Shown in pieces: positions 1-12,189 of a stretch of 64,000 nucleotides of DNA. A program made the position numbers and the translations under genes. The notes beneath the pieces are model-generated. The model ran no database searches. It was not told the DNA's origin and was given only the letters and a program-made list of their open reading frames with translations. Numbering within the stretch: position 1 is the stretch's first letter; every line of letters starts with the position of its first letter. Source of the stretch: Mobula hypostoma (taxonomy: Eukaryota); the NCBI RefSeq assembly GCF_963921235.1, contig NC_086097.1, forward strand, positions 238,020,001 to 238,084,000, given 5' to 3'.

Positions 1-112
1 ACTGTTTACTCCTCTCCATAGATGCTGCCAGACCTGCAGAGTTCCGCCAGCATTGTGTGTGTGTGTGTGTGTGTGTGTTACTCTGGATTTCCAGCATTTG
101 CAGACTCTCTTG
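1..112 (+). mobile_element. Penelope-like terminal repeat 3' remnant containing a (GT)n tract (55-78)
   Basis: GATGCTGCC.GACCTGC.GAGTTCC.CCAGCA...TTTCCAGCATTTGCAGA matches the ends of the GIY-YIG elements at 37.9 and 55.0 kb. Confidence 0.7.
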
Positions 113-226
113 AATTTATACCCTGAAGGTGTTGCAGGCTATCAGATGTATCAAATTAGATTAGATTAGATTATGAGGACATGCAGTCCTCTTTTATTGT
201 CATTTAGTAATGCATGCATTAAGAAA

Positions 227-470
227 TAGAAACATAGAAACATAGAAAATAGGTGCAGGAGTAGGCCGTTCGGCCCTTCGAGCCTGCACCGCCATTTATT
301 ATGATCATGGTTTGTCATCCAACTCAGAACCCCGCCCCAGCCTTCCCTCCATACCGCCTGACCCCCGTAGCCACAAGGGCCATATCTAACTCCCTCTTAA
401 ATATAGCCAATGAACTGGCCTCAACAGTTTCCTGTGGCAGAGAATTCCACAGATTCACCACTCTCTGTGA
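227..470 (-). mobile_element. 5'-truncated CR1 3' end (young subfamily)
   Basis: Reverse complement of ~4603-4846 with only a handful of mismatches; (TTTCTATG)n tail. Confidence 0.92.
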
Positions 471-838
471 TGATACAATGATACAATGATACAATGTTTC
501 TCCAGTATGATATCACAGAGCCACAAGACAAACCAAGACAAAAAAAACCTGACAAAAACCACATAATTATAACATATAGTTACAACAGTGCAAAGCAATA
601 CTGTAATTTGATAAAGAACAGACCATGGGCACGGTAAAAAAAAAAGTCTCAAGTATCTCAAAAGTCCCATCGTCTCACGCAGATGGTAGAAGGGAGAAAC
701 TCTCCCTGCCATGAACCTCCAGCACCGCAAACTTGCTGATGCAGCACCCTGGAAGCACCCGACCACAGCCGACTCTTGAGTCCGTCCGAAAACTTCGAGC
801 CTCCGACCAGCCCTCTGACACCGAGCACTGAGCACCAT

Positions 839-1717
839 CCAAGCCTCCCGGACGTCTACATCTGCGCCAAGTGCATCGAAATGCAGCTCCTAAGGGACCG
901 CGTTACGGAACTGGAGCTGCAGCTCGATGACCTTCGTCTGGTCAGGGAGAGCGAGGAGGTGATAGAGAGGAGTGGAAGGCAGGTGGTCACGCCGGGGCCA
1001 CGGGAGGCAGACAAGTGGGTCACGGTTAGGAGGGGGAAGGGGAAAAGTCAGGTGATGGGGAGTACCCCGGTGGCTGTGCCCCTTAACAACAGGTACTCCT
1101 GTTTGAGTACTGTTGCGGGGGACAGCTTACCCGGGGGAAGCGACAGTGGCCGTGCCTCTGGCACAGAGTCTGGCCCTGTAGCTCAGAAGGGTAGGGCAAG
1201 GAAGAGGAGGGCAGTTGTGATAGGGGACTCGATAGTAAGGGGGTCAGATAGGCGATTCTGTGGACGCAGTCCAGAGACCCGGATGGTAGTTTGCCTCCCA
1301 GGTGCCAGGGTCCGGGATATTTCTGATCGTATCCAAGATATCCTGAAGTGGGAGGGTGAGGAGCCAGAGGTCGTGGTACATACAGGTACCAATGACATAG
1401 GTAGGAAAAGGGAAGAGGTCCTGAAAGGAGAATATAGGGAGCTAGGAAGGGAGTTGAGAAAAAGGACCGCAAAGGTAGTAATCTCGGGATTACTGCCTGT
1501 GCCACGCGACAGTGAGAGTAGGAATGCGATGAGGTGGAGGATAAATGCGTGGCTGAGGGATTGGAGCAGGGGGCAGGGATTCAAGTTTTTGGATCATTGG
1601 GACCTCTTTTGGTGCAGGCGTGACCTGTACAAAAAGGACGGGTTACACTTGAATCCTAGGAGGACCAATATCCTGGCAGGGAGATTAGCGGGGGCTACTG
1701 AAGTGACTTTAAACTAG
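839..1717 (+). CDS. CR1 ORF1p (partial Zn finger, coiled coil, SGNH/GDSL esterase); N-terminus missing
   Basis: CAKC, LRDRVTELELQLDDLR, VIGDSIVR, HTGTND, DGLHLN. The first ~21 aa of track ORF 776..1717 come from the flanking element. Confidence 0.9.
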   Translation, partial: PSLPDVYICAKCIEMQLLRDRVTELELQLDDLRLVRESEEVIERSGRQVVTPGPREADKWVTVRRGKGKSQVMGSTPVAVPLNNRYSCLSTVAGDSLPGGSDSGRASGTESGPVAQKGRARKRRAVVIGDSIVRGSDRRFCGRSPETRMVVCLPGARVRDISDRIQDILKWEGEEPEVVVHTGTNDIGRKREEVLKGEYRELGRELRKRTAKVVISGLLPVPRDSESRNAMRWRINAWLRDWSRGQGFKFLDHWDLFWCRRDLYKKDGLHLNPRRTNILAGRLAGATEVTLN

Positions 1718-4700
1718 AATGGTTGGGGGGTGGGAATCAAATTAAAGAGGCTAGGCGTGTTAGTTCACAACAGAGGGATGGGAACTAGTGCAGAGAGACA
1801 GAGGGTTGTAAAGTGAGGGTGGAAGCAAAAAGTACAAAGGAGAAAAGTAAAAGTGGCAGGCCGACAAATCCAGGGCAAGCATTAAAAAGGGCCACTTTTC
1901 AACATAATTGTATAAGGGCTAAGAGAGTTGTAAAAGAGTGCCTGAAGGCTTTATGTGTCAATGCAAGGAGCATTCCTAATAAGGTGGATGAATTGAAAGT
2001 GCAGATTGTTATTAATGATTATGATATAGTTGGGATCACAGAGACATGGCTCCAGGGTGACCAGGGATGGGAGCTCAACGTTCAGGGATATTCAATATTC
2101 AGGAGGGATAGACGTGAAGGAAGGGGAGGTGGGGTGGCGTTGCTGGTTAAAGAAGAGATTAACACAATAGAAAGGAAGGACAGAAGCCGGGAAGATGTGG
2201 AATCGATATGGGTAGAGCTGCGTAACACTAAGGGGCAGAAGACGCTGGTGGGAGTTGTGTACAGGCCACCTAACAGTAGTAGTGAGGTCGGAGATGGTAT
2301 TAAACAGGAAATTAGAAATGTGTGCAATAAAGGAACAGCAGTTATAATGGGTGACTTCAATCTACATGTAGACTGGGTGAACCAAATTAGTAAAGGTGCT
2401 GAGGAAGATGATTTCTTGGAATGTATGCGGGATGGTTTTCTGAACCAACATGTCGAGGAACCAACTAGAGAGCAGGCTATTCTGGACTGGGTTTTGAGCA
2501 ATGAGGAAGGGTTAATTAGCGATCTTGTCGTGAGAGGCCCCTTGGGTAAGAGTTACCATAATATGGTGGAATTATTCATTAAGATGGAGAGTGACATAGT
2601 TAATTCAGAAACAAAGGTTCTGAACTTAAAGAGGGGTAACTTTGAAGGTATGAGACGTGAATTAGCTAAGATAGACTGGCAAATGACACTTAAAGGATTG
2701 ACAGTGGATATGTAATGGCAAGCATTTAAAGGTTGCATGGATGAACTACAACAATTGTTCATCCCAGTTTGGCAAAAGAATAAATCAAGGAAGGTAGTGC
2801 ACCCGTGGCTGACAAGAGAAATTAGGGATAGTATCAATTCCAAAGAAGTAGCATACAAATTAGCCAGAGAAAGTGGCTCACTTGAGGACTGGGAGAAATT
2901 CAGAGTTCAGCAGAGGAGGACAAAGGGCTTAATTAGGAAGGGGAAAAAAGATTATGAGAGAAAACTGGCGGGGAACATAAAAATGGACTGTAAAAGCTTT
3001 TATAGATATGTAAAAAGGAAAAGACTGGTAAAGACAAATGTAGGTCCCCTGCAGACAGAAACAGGTGAATTGATTATGGGGAGCAAGGACATGGCTGACC
3101 AATTGAGTAATTACTTTGGTTCTGTCTCCACTAAGGAGGACATAAATAATCTTCCAGAAATAGTAAAGGACAGAGGGTCCAGTGAGATGGAGGAACTGAG
3201 TGAAATACATGTTAGTAGGGAAGTGGTGTTAGGTAAATTGAAGGGATTGAAGGCAGATAAATCCCCAGGGCCAGATGGTCTGCATCCTAGAGTGCTTAAG
3301 GAAGTAGCCCAAGAAATAGTGGATGCATTAGTGATAATTTTTCAAAACTTGTTAGATTCTGGACTAGTTCCTGAAGATTGGAGGGTGGCTAATGTAACCC
3401 CACTTTTTAAAAAAGGTGGGAGAGAGAAACCGGGGAATTATAGACCGGTTAGCCTAACGTCGGTGGTGGGGAAACTGCTGGAGTCAGTTATCAAGGATGT
3501 GATAACAGCACATTTGGAAAGCGGTGAAATGATCGGACAAAGTCAGCATGGATTTGTGAAAGGAAAATCATGTCTGACGAATCTCATAGAATTTTTTGAG
3601 GATGTAACTAGCAGAGTGGATAGGGGAGAACCAGTGGATGTGGTATATTTGGATTTTCAAAAGGCTTTTGACAAGGTCCCACACAGGAGATTAGTGTGGA
3701 AACTTAAAGCACACGGTATTGGGGGTAAGGTATTGGTGTGGGTGGAGAATTGGTTAGCAGACAGGAAGCAAAGAGCGGGAATAAACGGGACCTTTTCAGA
3801 ATGGCAGGCGGTGACTAGTGGGGTACCGCAAGGCTCAGTGCTGGGACCCCAGTTGTTTACAATATATATTAATGACTTGGATGAGGGAATTAAATGCAGC
3901 ATCTCCAAGTTTGCGGATGACACGAAGCTGGGTGGCAGTGTTAGCAGTGAGGAGGATGCTAAGAGGATGCAGAGTGATTTGGATAGGTTGGGTGAGTGGG
4001 CAAACTCATGGCAGATGCAATTTAATGTGGATAAATGTGAAGTTATCCACTTTGGTGGCAAAAATAGGAAAACAGATTATTATCTGAATGGTGGCCGATT
4101 AGGAAAAGGGGAGGTGCAACGAGACCTGGGTGTCATTATACACCAGTCATTGAAAGTGGGCATGCAGGTACAGCAGGCGGTGAAAAAGGCGAATGGTATG
4201 CTGGCATTTATAGCGAGAGGATTCAAGTACAGGAGCAGGGAGGTACTACTGCAGTTGTACAAGGCCTTGGTGAGACCACACCTGGAGTATTGTGTGCAGT
4301 TTTGGCCCCCTAATCTGAGGAAAGACATCTTTGCCATAGAGGGAGTACAAAGAAGGTTCACCAGATTGATTCCTGGGATGGCAGGACTTTCATATGAAGA
4401 AAGACTGGATGAACTGGGCTTGTACTCGTTGGAATTTAGAAGATTGAGGGGGGATCTGATTGAAACGTATAAGATCCTAAAGGGATTGGACAGGCTGGAT
4501 GCAGGAAGATTGTTCCCGATGTTGGGGAAGTCCAGAACGAGGAGTCACAGTTTGAGGATAGAGGGGAAGCCTTTTAGGACCGAGATTAGGAAAAACTTCT
4601 TCACACAGAGAGTGGTGAATCTGTGGAATTCTCTGCCACAGGAAACTGTTGAGGCCAGTTCATTGGCTATGTTTAAGAGGGAGTTAGATATGGCCCTTGT

Positions 4701-4749
4701 GGCTACAGGGGTCAGGGGGTATGGAGGGAAGGCTGGGGCGGGGTTCTGA
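1708..4749 (+). pseudogene. CR1 ORF2p (endonuclease + reverse transcriptase), single frame with in-frame stops at 1786-1788 and 2713-2715
   Basis: VNARSI, GITETW, GVVYRPP, MGDFN, LDWVL; PGPDG, YRPVSL, QHGF, YLDFQKAFDKV, GVPQGSVLGP, KFADD (3910-3921). ORFs 1813..2715 and 2737..4749 share a frame. Confidence 0.95.
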
Positions 4750-5139
4750 GTTGGATGATCAGCCATGATCATAATAAATGGCGGTGCAGGCTCGAAGGGC
4801 CGAATGGCCTACTCCTGCACCTATTTTCTATGTTTCTATGTTTCTATCTCTGCTGTGCACTTTGACCCCGGCCCCAGCAACAGGCAATAGGCAAATCCGA
4901 GGATTTGGGGCCTTCTCCTCTGGAGATTCTCGATCGCACAGTTGCAGTGGCAGCGAAGCAGGCATTTCAGAAGTTTCTCCAGATGTTCCTCTGTGCTTCT
5001 CACATCTGTCTCCATTAAATCAGGATTGTGCATGGTACCTACTTAACAAATACGATATCATTTCAGAGCGGCCACCCGTACTGCCATCTTCTCCTTCCCG
5101 CCAATTGACCACAAAAGGATGAGGACCCAACTTGTTTTC

Positions 5140-5434
5140 AATGATTGTTGGTGCCAGATGGGGTGGTTTGAGCATCTCAGAAACTACTGGTCTCCTGTGA
5201 TTTTCACACACAACCATCTCTAGAATTTACAGTGAATGGTGTGAAAAACAAAAATAAACATCCAGTGAGCGGCAGTTCTGAAGACAAAAATACCTAGAGG
5301 TCAGAGGAGAATGGCCAGAGTTGTTCAAGCTGACAGGAAGGTGACGGTAATTCACGTAACCATGTGTCACAACATTTAAGTGCAAAAGAGCATTTCTGAA
5401 CAGGATGTATTGAATAAAGTGGCCACTAAGTGTA
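5140..5434 (+). mobile_element. Internally deleted Tc1-like DNA transposon remnant
   Basis: MIVGARWGGLSISET... Tc1 HTH-like peptide; ends AATAAAGTGGCCACTAAGTGTA; homologous to 14339-14890. Confidence 0.75.
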
Positions 5435-5804
5435 TACTAATTTGACTCTGACCAAAGTTGGATAGCAAAGTAACCATCTAGAATCTAGAACTGTATAACA
5501 TGGGACTGATGATGATAAGCAAGTAATAGATTCTTAACATTTTCCTACTTATTATCTTACATTTTTCCTTGAGCCTACATCTCTCTGCTGATGATTTATT
5601 GTCTGCAGAGAATAGATTGGGAAATGATGCACTTTTTTCAAAATAGCTTGCCTTTAGGATAAACATTGAAATGACCTGTGTCATTCAGGCCAGCTTTCAG
5701 AAGAAAGGGTTACTTCAGGAAGGTCAGAGAGAGTGTAATCCTATTAATAAGCTATCTGTGACATGAAGGTACAAAAACATAAAGATTTTGGGAATACACC
5801 TGCA

Positions 5805-6410
5805 AATTTCTACAGATGTGCTGTGGAGAACATTCTGACTGGCAACTTCACCAGCTGGTATAGTAGTGGTGGAGGAGGAGAGGGTACAGGATTGAAATAA
5901 GCTGCAGAAGGTTGTAAACTTAGTCAACTCCATCATGGACATAGCTTCTGTAGGGACATCTTCAAGAAGCAATGCTTCAAAAAGGTGGATCCACCCTTAA
6001 GGACCCCCATCACCCAGGTCATGCCCTGTTCTCATTGCTACCATCAGGCAGGAGGTACAGGAGCCTGAAGGCCCCACTCAATGATTCAGGAACAGCTCCT
6101 TCCCATTCTGCCATTCAATTTCTGAATAGACATTGAACCCATAAACACTACCTCACTACTTATTAAACTTCTATTTTTGCATTACTTATTTCATAGTCAT
6201 AGTCATACATAGTCATACTTTATTGATCCCGGGGGAAACTGGTTAAGATTTAATTTAACTATTACAGATACACACACACACACAGATGATATATATATAT
6301 ATTTACTGTAACTCAATTGGTATTTCTATTTTTATGTATTGCATTGTACTGCTGCCACAAAGACAACAAATTTCACAACATAAGCTTGAGATATTAAACT
6401 GATTCTGATT
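5805..6410 (+). mobile_element. Rex1/Babar-type LINE 3' fragment with (GATTCT)-like tail
   Basis: FYRCAVENILTG...WY and LPSGRRYRSL, homologous to ORF 28149..28469. Confidence 0.8.
6192..6244 (-). mobile_element. Very short retroposon 3' tail (GATCAATAAAGTATGACT)n
   Basis: Same tail at 8589-8615 (+) and ~46618-46648 (-). Confidence 0.6.
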
Positions 6411-6691
6411 AGTGTTGTATGCTTTATCAATCAATTTTTACAAGGCTAATTTCACACATATTTTGCTTTCAGCAAATCAGAAAGTGCCTCAGAAGAATCA
6501 CTCCACAGGTAATTAGTGTACTATTTATTTAAAACTCCACTATATATAATAAATAAAATAAATTTAATGTAATTGATGAATCATTCATCGATTGATTGAT
6601 GATGCATAAGACGTTTTTATTCACTCATTATATTGTCTTGTTGAAGTACACATCATCAACACTACACATCACAATTTAACAGACTCAAAGA

Positions 6692-6826
6692 CAGGACTAA
6701 TCCTGACGAAGGGTCTGAAATGTCGACTGCACCTCTTCCTAGAGATGCTGCCTGGCCTGCTGCGTTCACCAGCAACTTTGATGTGTGTTGCTTGAATTTC
6801 CAGCAGCTGCAGAATTCCTGTTGTTT
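6692..6826 (+). mobile_element. Penelope-like terminal repeat fragment with damaged hammerhead motif
   Basis: CTGACGAAGGGTCTGAAATGTCGACTG followed by the standard tail ending CCTGTTGTTT. Confidence 0.85.
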
Positions 6827-7289
6827 CCATTTCTGATGGAGACTTTTTGTTCCACAGGTACCAAATAGAATTCCTATTACTTAAAAAGTATTTTGGATTT
6901 AATTGTTTAAAAGTTTATTGCTGGTTTGAGTTGGTTGATATGTTTAACCAGAGGAAGTTAACTGCCAATTTCCCTTTGGCTCAATTTCCCAAGCTGTTCC
7001 TGAGAATTAAGATAGGCTAAAGCTAGCAATATCTCTCCTGGGCAATTTTACTGCAGTGATAGCTGTTCGTGTGCGAATAGTTAAAACTTATAAGTATGTA
7101 TCACACAAGAATCTGAAATGGCACTTGTACACTGAAGTTTATTGTCATGTCAGTAAATTTGGTAGCTAATTAATCTCTGAACTTCTATAATTTGCATCTA
7201 ATAATTGGAAGTGGAATGTAATTTTATCTTCTATTTGTTTTATTTTAAACTAGTTGGGCAAATGTTGGAGGTTTACATTAAAAGGAAAT

Positions 7290-7770
7290 AGAATACTACA
7301 AAACAAAGCAGGCCCTTCGGCCCATCCAATTCATGTTACCCACATCTTGTGCTGTCCTACCTACTTGCACCCAGACCATATCCCTCCAGGCTCCTCTCAT
7401 CCATGCACCTATCCAAACTTCTCTTAAAATTTACAAGTAAACCTTCATCTACCACATCCACTGACAGTTTGTTCCACACTCTGAGTAGTGACCCCTCAGA
7501 TTCCCCTTAAGTATTTTACATTTCACCCTCCTCCTACGTCCCATATTTCTTGTCTCACCCAACCTGAGGGAAAAAAGCCTGTATGCATTCATCTTATCTA
7601 TCCTCTTTATAATTATGTACACATCTATTAATTCTCCTTTCATTCTTCTTCTAATGACCTAACCTATTCAACCTCTTCCCTGTAACCCAGGTCCTCTAGT
7701 CCTAACAACATCATTGTCAAAGTTCTCTGCACTCTTTCAAACTTACTGAGATCCTTCCTGCAGGTGGATG
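7290..7770 (-). mobile_element. Old CR1 3' fragment
   Basis: KGELIDVYIII..RLFSLRLGETRN.. C-terminal CR1 ORF2 peptide. Confidence 0.7.
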
Positions 7771-10304
7771 ACAATGGCTAGATTAATCATGGAGTAGGTT
7801 AAAAGGTTGTCACAACATTGTGAGCTGAAGGGTTATACTGTGCTGTACTGCTCTATCTCCTGCTTTTTTCAGGTAACCTTTGGTTCCCTGATGAAAAAAG
7901 AATCTATCAACCTCCGCTTTAAATATACTTAATGATTTGTCCTCCATTGCCATCCATGGCAAGAAATTCCACAGATTCATCACCCTTAAACTCAAGAAAT
8001 TCCTTCTCATTTCTGTTCTAAATAGACTTTCCTCTATTCTGAGGCAGTGTCATCAAGTCCTGGACTCCCTCACTATAGGAAACATGCTCTCCACACCCAA
8101 TCTACCCAGGCCTTTCAATACTCAACAGATTTCAATGAGATCTCCACTCATTCTTCTAAACCCCAGTGAATACAGGCCCAGAGCCATCAAATGCTCCTTA
8201 TATCTTAACCTGTTCATTTCCAGACTCATTTTTGTGACCTTCGGCTGGACCCTCTCCAATGCCAGCACATCTTTTCTTACATAAGGAGCCCTAGACTGCT
8301 CACAATACTCCAAGTGTGGTTTGACCAATGTCTTATTAAGTCTCAGCATCACATCCTTGCTCTTATATTCTAGTCTTCTCGAAATGAATGCTAATATTGC
8401 ATTTGCCTTCCTTACTACCAATTCAACCTGCAAGTAAACTTTTGGGAATCTTGCACAAGGAATTTCAAGTCTCTTTGCAACTCTGATATCTGCCCGTTTA
8501 GAAAATAGTTTACGCCTTTATTCTTTCTACCAAAGCTTATGACCATACAATTCCCTACACTGAAGTTTATCTGCCTTTTCTCCCAATCCCTCGGGATCAA
8601 TAAAGTATGCCTATGAATCTAAGTTCTTCTGCAGACTTGTTGCTTCCTCAACATTTCTTGCCTCTCCACCTGTCTTTGCATCACCTGCAAACTTAGCTGC
8701 AAAGTCATTCTGTCACCCAAATTGTTGACATATAATGTCAACTGAAATGGTCCCAATACCAACCAGTGTGGAATAACAGTAGCCACCAGCAGCCTCCTGT
8801 CAGTCAGACAATCTTCTATCTATGCTAATATCTTTCCTGTAATACCATGGGATCTTATCTTGTTAAGAAAGCTCCTGTGTGGCACCTTGACAAAGGCATT
8901 CTGAAAATCCAAGTAATCAACATCCATCAACTCTCCTTTGTTTGTTCTGCCCATTATTTCCTCAAGGAATTCCAGCAGATTCGTCAGGCAAAATTCCTCC
9001 CTAAGGAAACCATGCTGACAATGGCCTATTTTATTATGTGCTTCGAAGTACCCAAAATCTCATCCTTAATAATAGACCCAAGATCTTTCCAACCACAGAA
9101 GTCTGGCCAAAGGGCCCATTACATCCTTTCTTTTGCCTCTCTTCTTCCTTACAGAGTGGAGAGACATTTGCAATTTTCCAGTACTCTGGAACAATTTCAG
9201 AACTTAGTGATTCTTCAATGATCATTAATAATGTCTTCACAATCTCTTCAACTACCACTTTCAGAACTCTGGGGTGTTGTTCATCTAGTCCAGATAATTT
9301 ATCTACCTTCAGACTTTTCAGTGTGCGGTCTAAATGCAAAGCATAACTGAATATCGTGAATGACTAAGAAAAAGACACAATGTTCCGACGGAGAGATACC
9401 TCCACCCAGAGAGTACGTTTTGTCTTGAAACTGCCAACGTTTATCAGATTCACCAAGAGAACACCAGGTAAGAGAAGCCTGAAAAATTCTGTAATAGATA
9501 ACTTAAGTCCTCCTGCACCTACAGGTATGCACTTTACCAGCAATCTAGCTGTTAACTGGAAACACTTCAACCAGCAATTCAATATATATCTAGCGATGAG
9601 CAGAGATAGAGGCACAAAAGAAAGATTGAAAGCGTCTATCTGTCTACACACATTGGACATCAACAACAGCTTTCAAATTGATGAAACAGCCTTGACATTG
9701 GGCACTCCAATGACAAAATTTGAGGAGTATTTTGTCCCAAGTAAAAACGCCATGCTTGAAAGATATTTTAAGTTATTTTTCTATGAACAGAAACAAAATG
9801 TTAGCTTTGACCAATGAGCTTCTTACACTGAGTAAGTCTCTTTAGTTTAGATATTTGAGAGTCATTAGTTAAAGACAGTATAGTCAGCGAAATCCCAGAT
9901 AATGTTCTCAGAAAAAGATTGCTCCGAGAAAAAGTTGTAACACTAAAAAAAGCTGTGAATATGTGTAGGACAGCGGAGACCACATGAGCGCAAGTTAAAG
10001 ACCTGCATGGGGAGAAACAACAGTGTGAACTGAAAACAGAAAGGCAGAGCAGAAGGCATTTCACAAAGCAACTGCAAACCAAACAGATAACGCAAACAGT
10101 AAATGCAGCAAATGTGGAAGTAGACACATCCCACAGTCACATCCTGCTTATGGAAGTCCTGTAATAATGTGGGAAGAAGAATCATTTTTTGAAAGGTCTG
10201 CGAAGCTGTTGCTACCAAGAGGAAGATGCACACTGCTAATGGGGGAATTAAGGAAGTTTTTGTCAATTCTCTGCAGACTGCTGGTGCTGGTAAAACAGAA
10301 TGGA

Positions 10305-10770
10305 GCATTCCAGGAGTGAATGACTTGTCAGATGAAGAGAACTTGATGGCTCTGGGCCTGTATTTCCTGGAATTCAGAAGAATAAGGGGTAAGCTCTTTG
10401 AAACTTGTTGAATGGTGAAAGGCCTCGATGGTGTGGATGTGGAGAGGACGTTTCCCATGATGGGAGAGCCTAAGACCAGAGGACACAGCCTCAGCATAGA
10501 GGGGTGCCATTTTAGAACGGAGATGAGGAGAAATTTATTTATCCAGGGAGTGTTGAATCTGTGGAATTCTTTGCCACAGGCAGCTGTGAAAGCCAAGTCT
10601 TTAGGTATATTGAATGCAGAGGTTTTTGACAGATTCTTGATTGGCCTATGCATGAAGGGATATGGCGAGAAGGCAGGAGATTTGGGCTTTGAGGAAAATT
10701 GGATCTGCCATGATGAAATGGCAGAGCAGACTCAATGGGCCAAATGGTCTAATTCTGCTCCTATATCTTA
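10305..10770 (+). mobile_element. CR1 3' fragment nested in the Gypsy element
   Basis: LMALGLYFLEFRRIRG...NLWNSLPQ and CR1 tail stem-loop. Confidence 0.88.
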
Positions 10771-11961
10771 CGTTCCAGTGACTGTGAATGAGACTGTAAT
10801 TCCACTGAAGCTTGACACCAGAGCTCAGGTGAATCTGTTATCTAGGGATGATTACAAGTCATTCAGAGAAAAGAGCAAGATGTACCCAGTGAAGTTAAAA
10901 GTAAAGGGCTATACCAGACAGAACATTCGATTAAAAGGGGGCTGTAAAATGACTTTCAAACACAAGGGGCAGCATTTAAAGGCACAACTACTGATTGTTG
11001 AAAAATGAATACAGCCAATATTAGGTCTGACTGCATGTGAAAAGCTTAACCTGGTGAAAAGAGTTTTCGTACTGGCTTCACAGACCAAGATGACCACATT
11101 TCACTTCTGAAAGAGTATGTCTTTGAGGGGCTTGGATGCTAACCTGATGTAACTTAAGAAACTTGTAACAGCTTCCATTAGAGATCCAGAGAGGTTATGC
11201 AAGAGAAGCACAAGAACTCCACCTTCCATAGACATCCATGCCAGCCACACCAGCATGACAGTCAGGATGCTGGTGCTGAACAGAGTGATCACGATGAAGA
11301 AGTCGCTAGTCTTGCTTCCACATCATGCAGCTTTCTTTCAAAATCTGTCTCTCATTGACTTCAGCTGAAGACTGGAAATCAAAAATATCTCCACGATCCC
11401 GTCTGAAGTTGAAGAAGCAAATTAGAGGGGAAGATGTGGAGACCACACAGACCCAAATGTCAGAACAACAGCAACAAATCAACACAAACTAACAGGTGGA
11501 GTTGTTATCTATGATACACAGCAAACAGAAGGAGCTCTGTGAATTGAGACGGACTTAGTTGGAACTTGTGCAAGGACTCACTGATCACATCAGTGTTGTC
11601 TTGGCTTCATTATGAAGTAAGTACGGCAAATTGTAGTCACACAAAAAGAACAAGAACAAAGACGAACAGGTCAAATCTTGGCAGAAGGGTGTGAAAGAAA
11701 TGAAGATGTAGATCAGAGTCCTCAAAAGGACACTAGTATTAACACAGCCAGTGGAAGCAAGATAACTGTAAAAACAAATAGCAGTCATAAGGGGATCACT
11801 AAGCCACCACAGAGATGGATTGAGAGTTGTAGTGTGAATGCGAGACTGCATTTGCTCATTACAATTGAAGTTAATATAACTGTCTTTATTGGAAAATATT
11901 ATTGTGTACTGCAGGTTTATGAAGACATACTATTGTATTTGTATGCTTTAAAGGGGGAAGA

Positions 11962-12189
11962 TGTGTATTGTGTGTGTACATAATAAAGAATTCAAATTCC
12001 CAGTGGGCAAAGCGACTAGTTCACCCGGAACCAGTAGTAAATGTTGGCGAACAGTACACACGGTCTTGATGAGCTACAGGTCCAAAATACAATGTAGTTG
12101 AGCTAGAAGCCATGACTGTAGTATTCTGTAAAATAGTTTTAGCATGTTTACCCTTGCAAATTTGGCTTTGTTAAAAAACAAACGCAACA
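11962..12189 (+). repeat. 3' LTR of the Gypsy element (~228 bp)
   Basis: TG directly after the PPT AAAGGGGGAAGA; ends CAACA, where the host CR1 resumes. Confidence 0.75.

Larger units (their letters stand above)
839..4846 (+). mobile_element. Near-full-length CR1-clade LINE, 5'-truncated inside the ORF1 zinc finger
   Basis: ORF1 (esterase) + ORF2 (APE endonuclease, RT) + 3' stem-loop + 8-nt tandem tail. Confidence 0.96.
156..5099 (-). mobile_element. Non-coding retroposon (~690 bp net) with (CTAAT)n tail, split into 156-226, 471-838 and 4846-5099 by two CR1 insertions
   Basis: 156-226 plus 471-600 is the reverse complement of the uninterrupted tail at 17318-17499. ACCAT|CTCTGC rejoins across the long CR1. 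The 5' end starts GGAGAAGATGGC (YY1-like). Confidence 0.65.
9322..12189 (+). mobile_element. Decayed Ty3/Gypsy LTR retrotransposon: gag, zinc knuckle, protease, most of pol deleted, 3' LTR kept, 5' LTR lost
   Basis: NLAVNWKHFNQQFNIYL...KFEEYFVP.KN...ERY (gag); CSKCGSRH knuckle near 10105; LKLDTRAQVNLL (degenerate DTG protease); polypurine tract 11950-11961. Confidence 0.85.

Noticed and set aside
227..4846. ~240-bp terminal inverted repeats suggesting a TIR-bounded RT element
   Set aside because: Both arms are ordinary CR1 3' ends, and the host element is interrupted separately by each.
10412..11008. 198-aa ORF as a novel fusion gene
   Set aside because: Chance read-through from a nested CR1 fragment into the Gypsy protease remnant, whose DTG motif is mutated.
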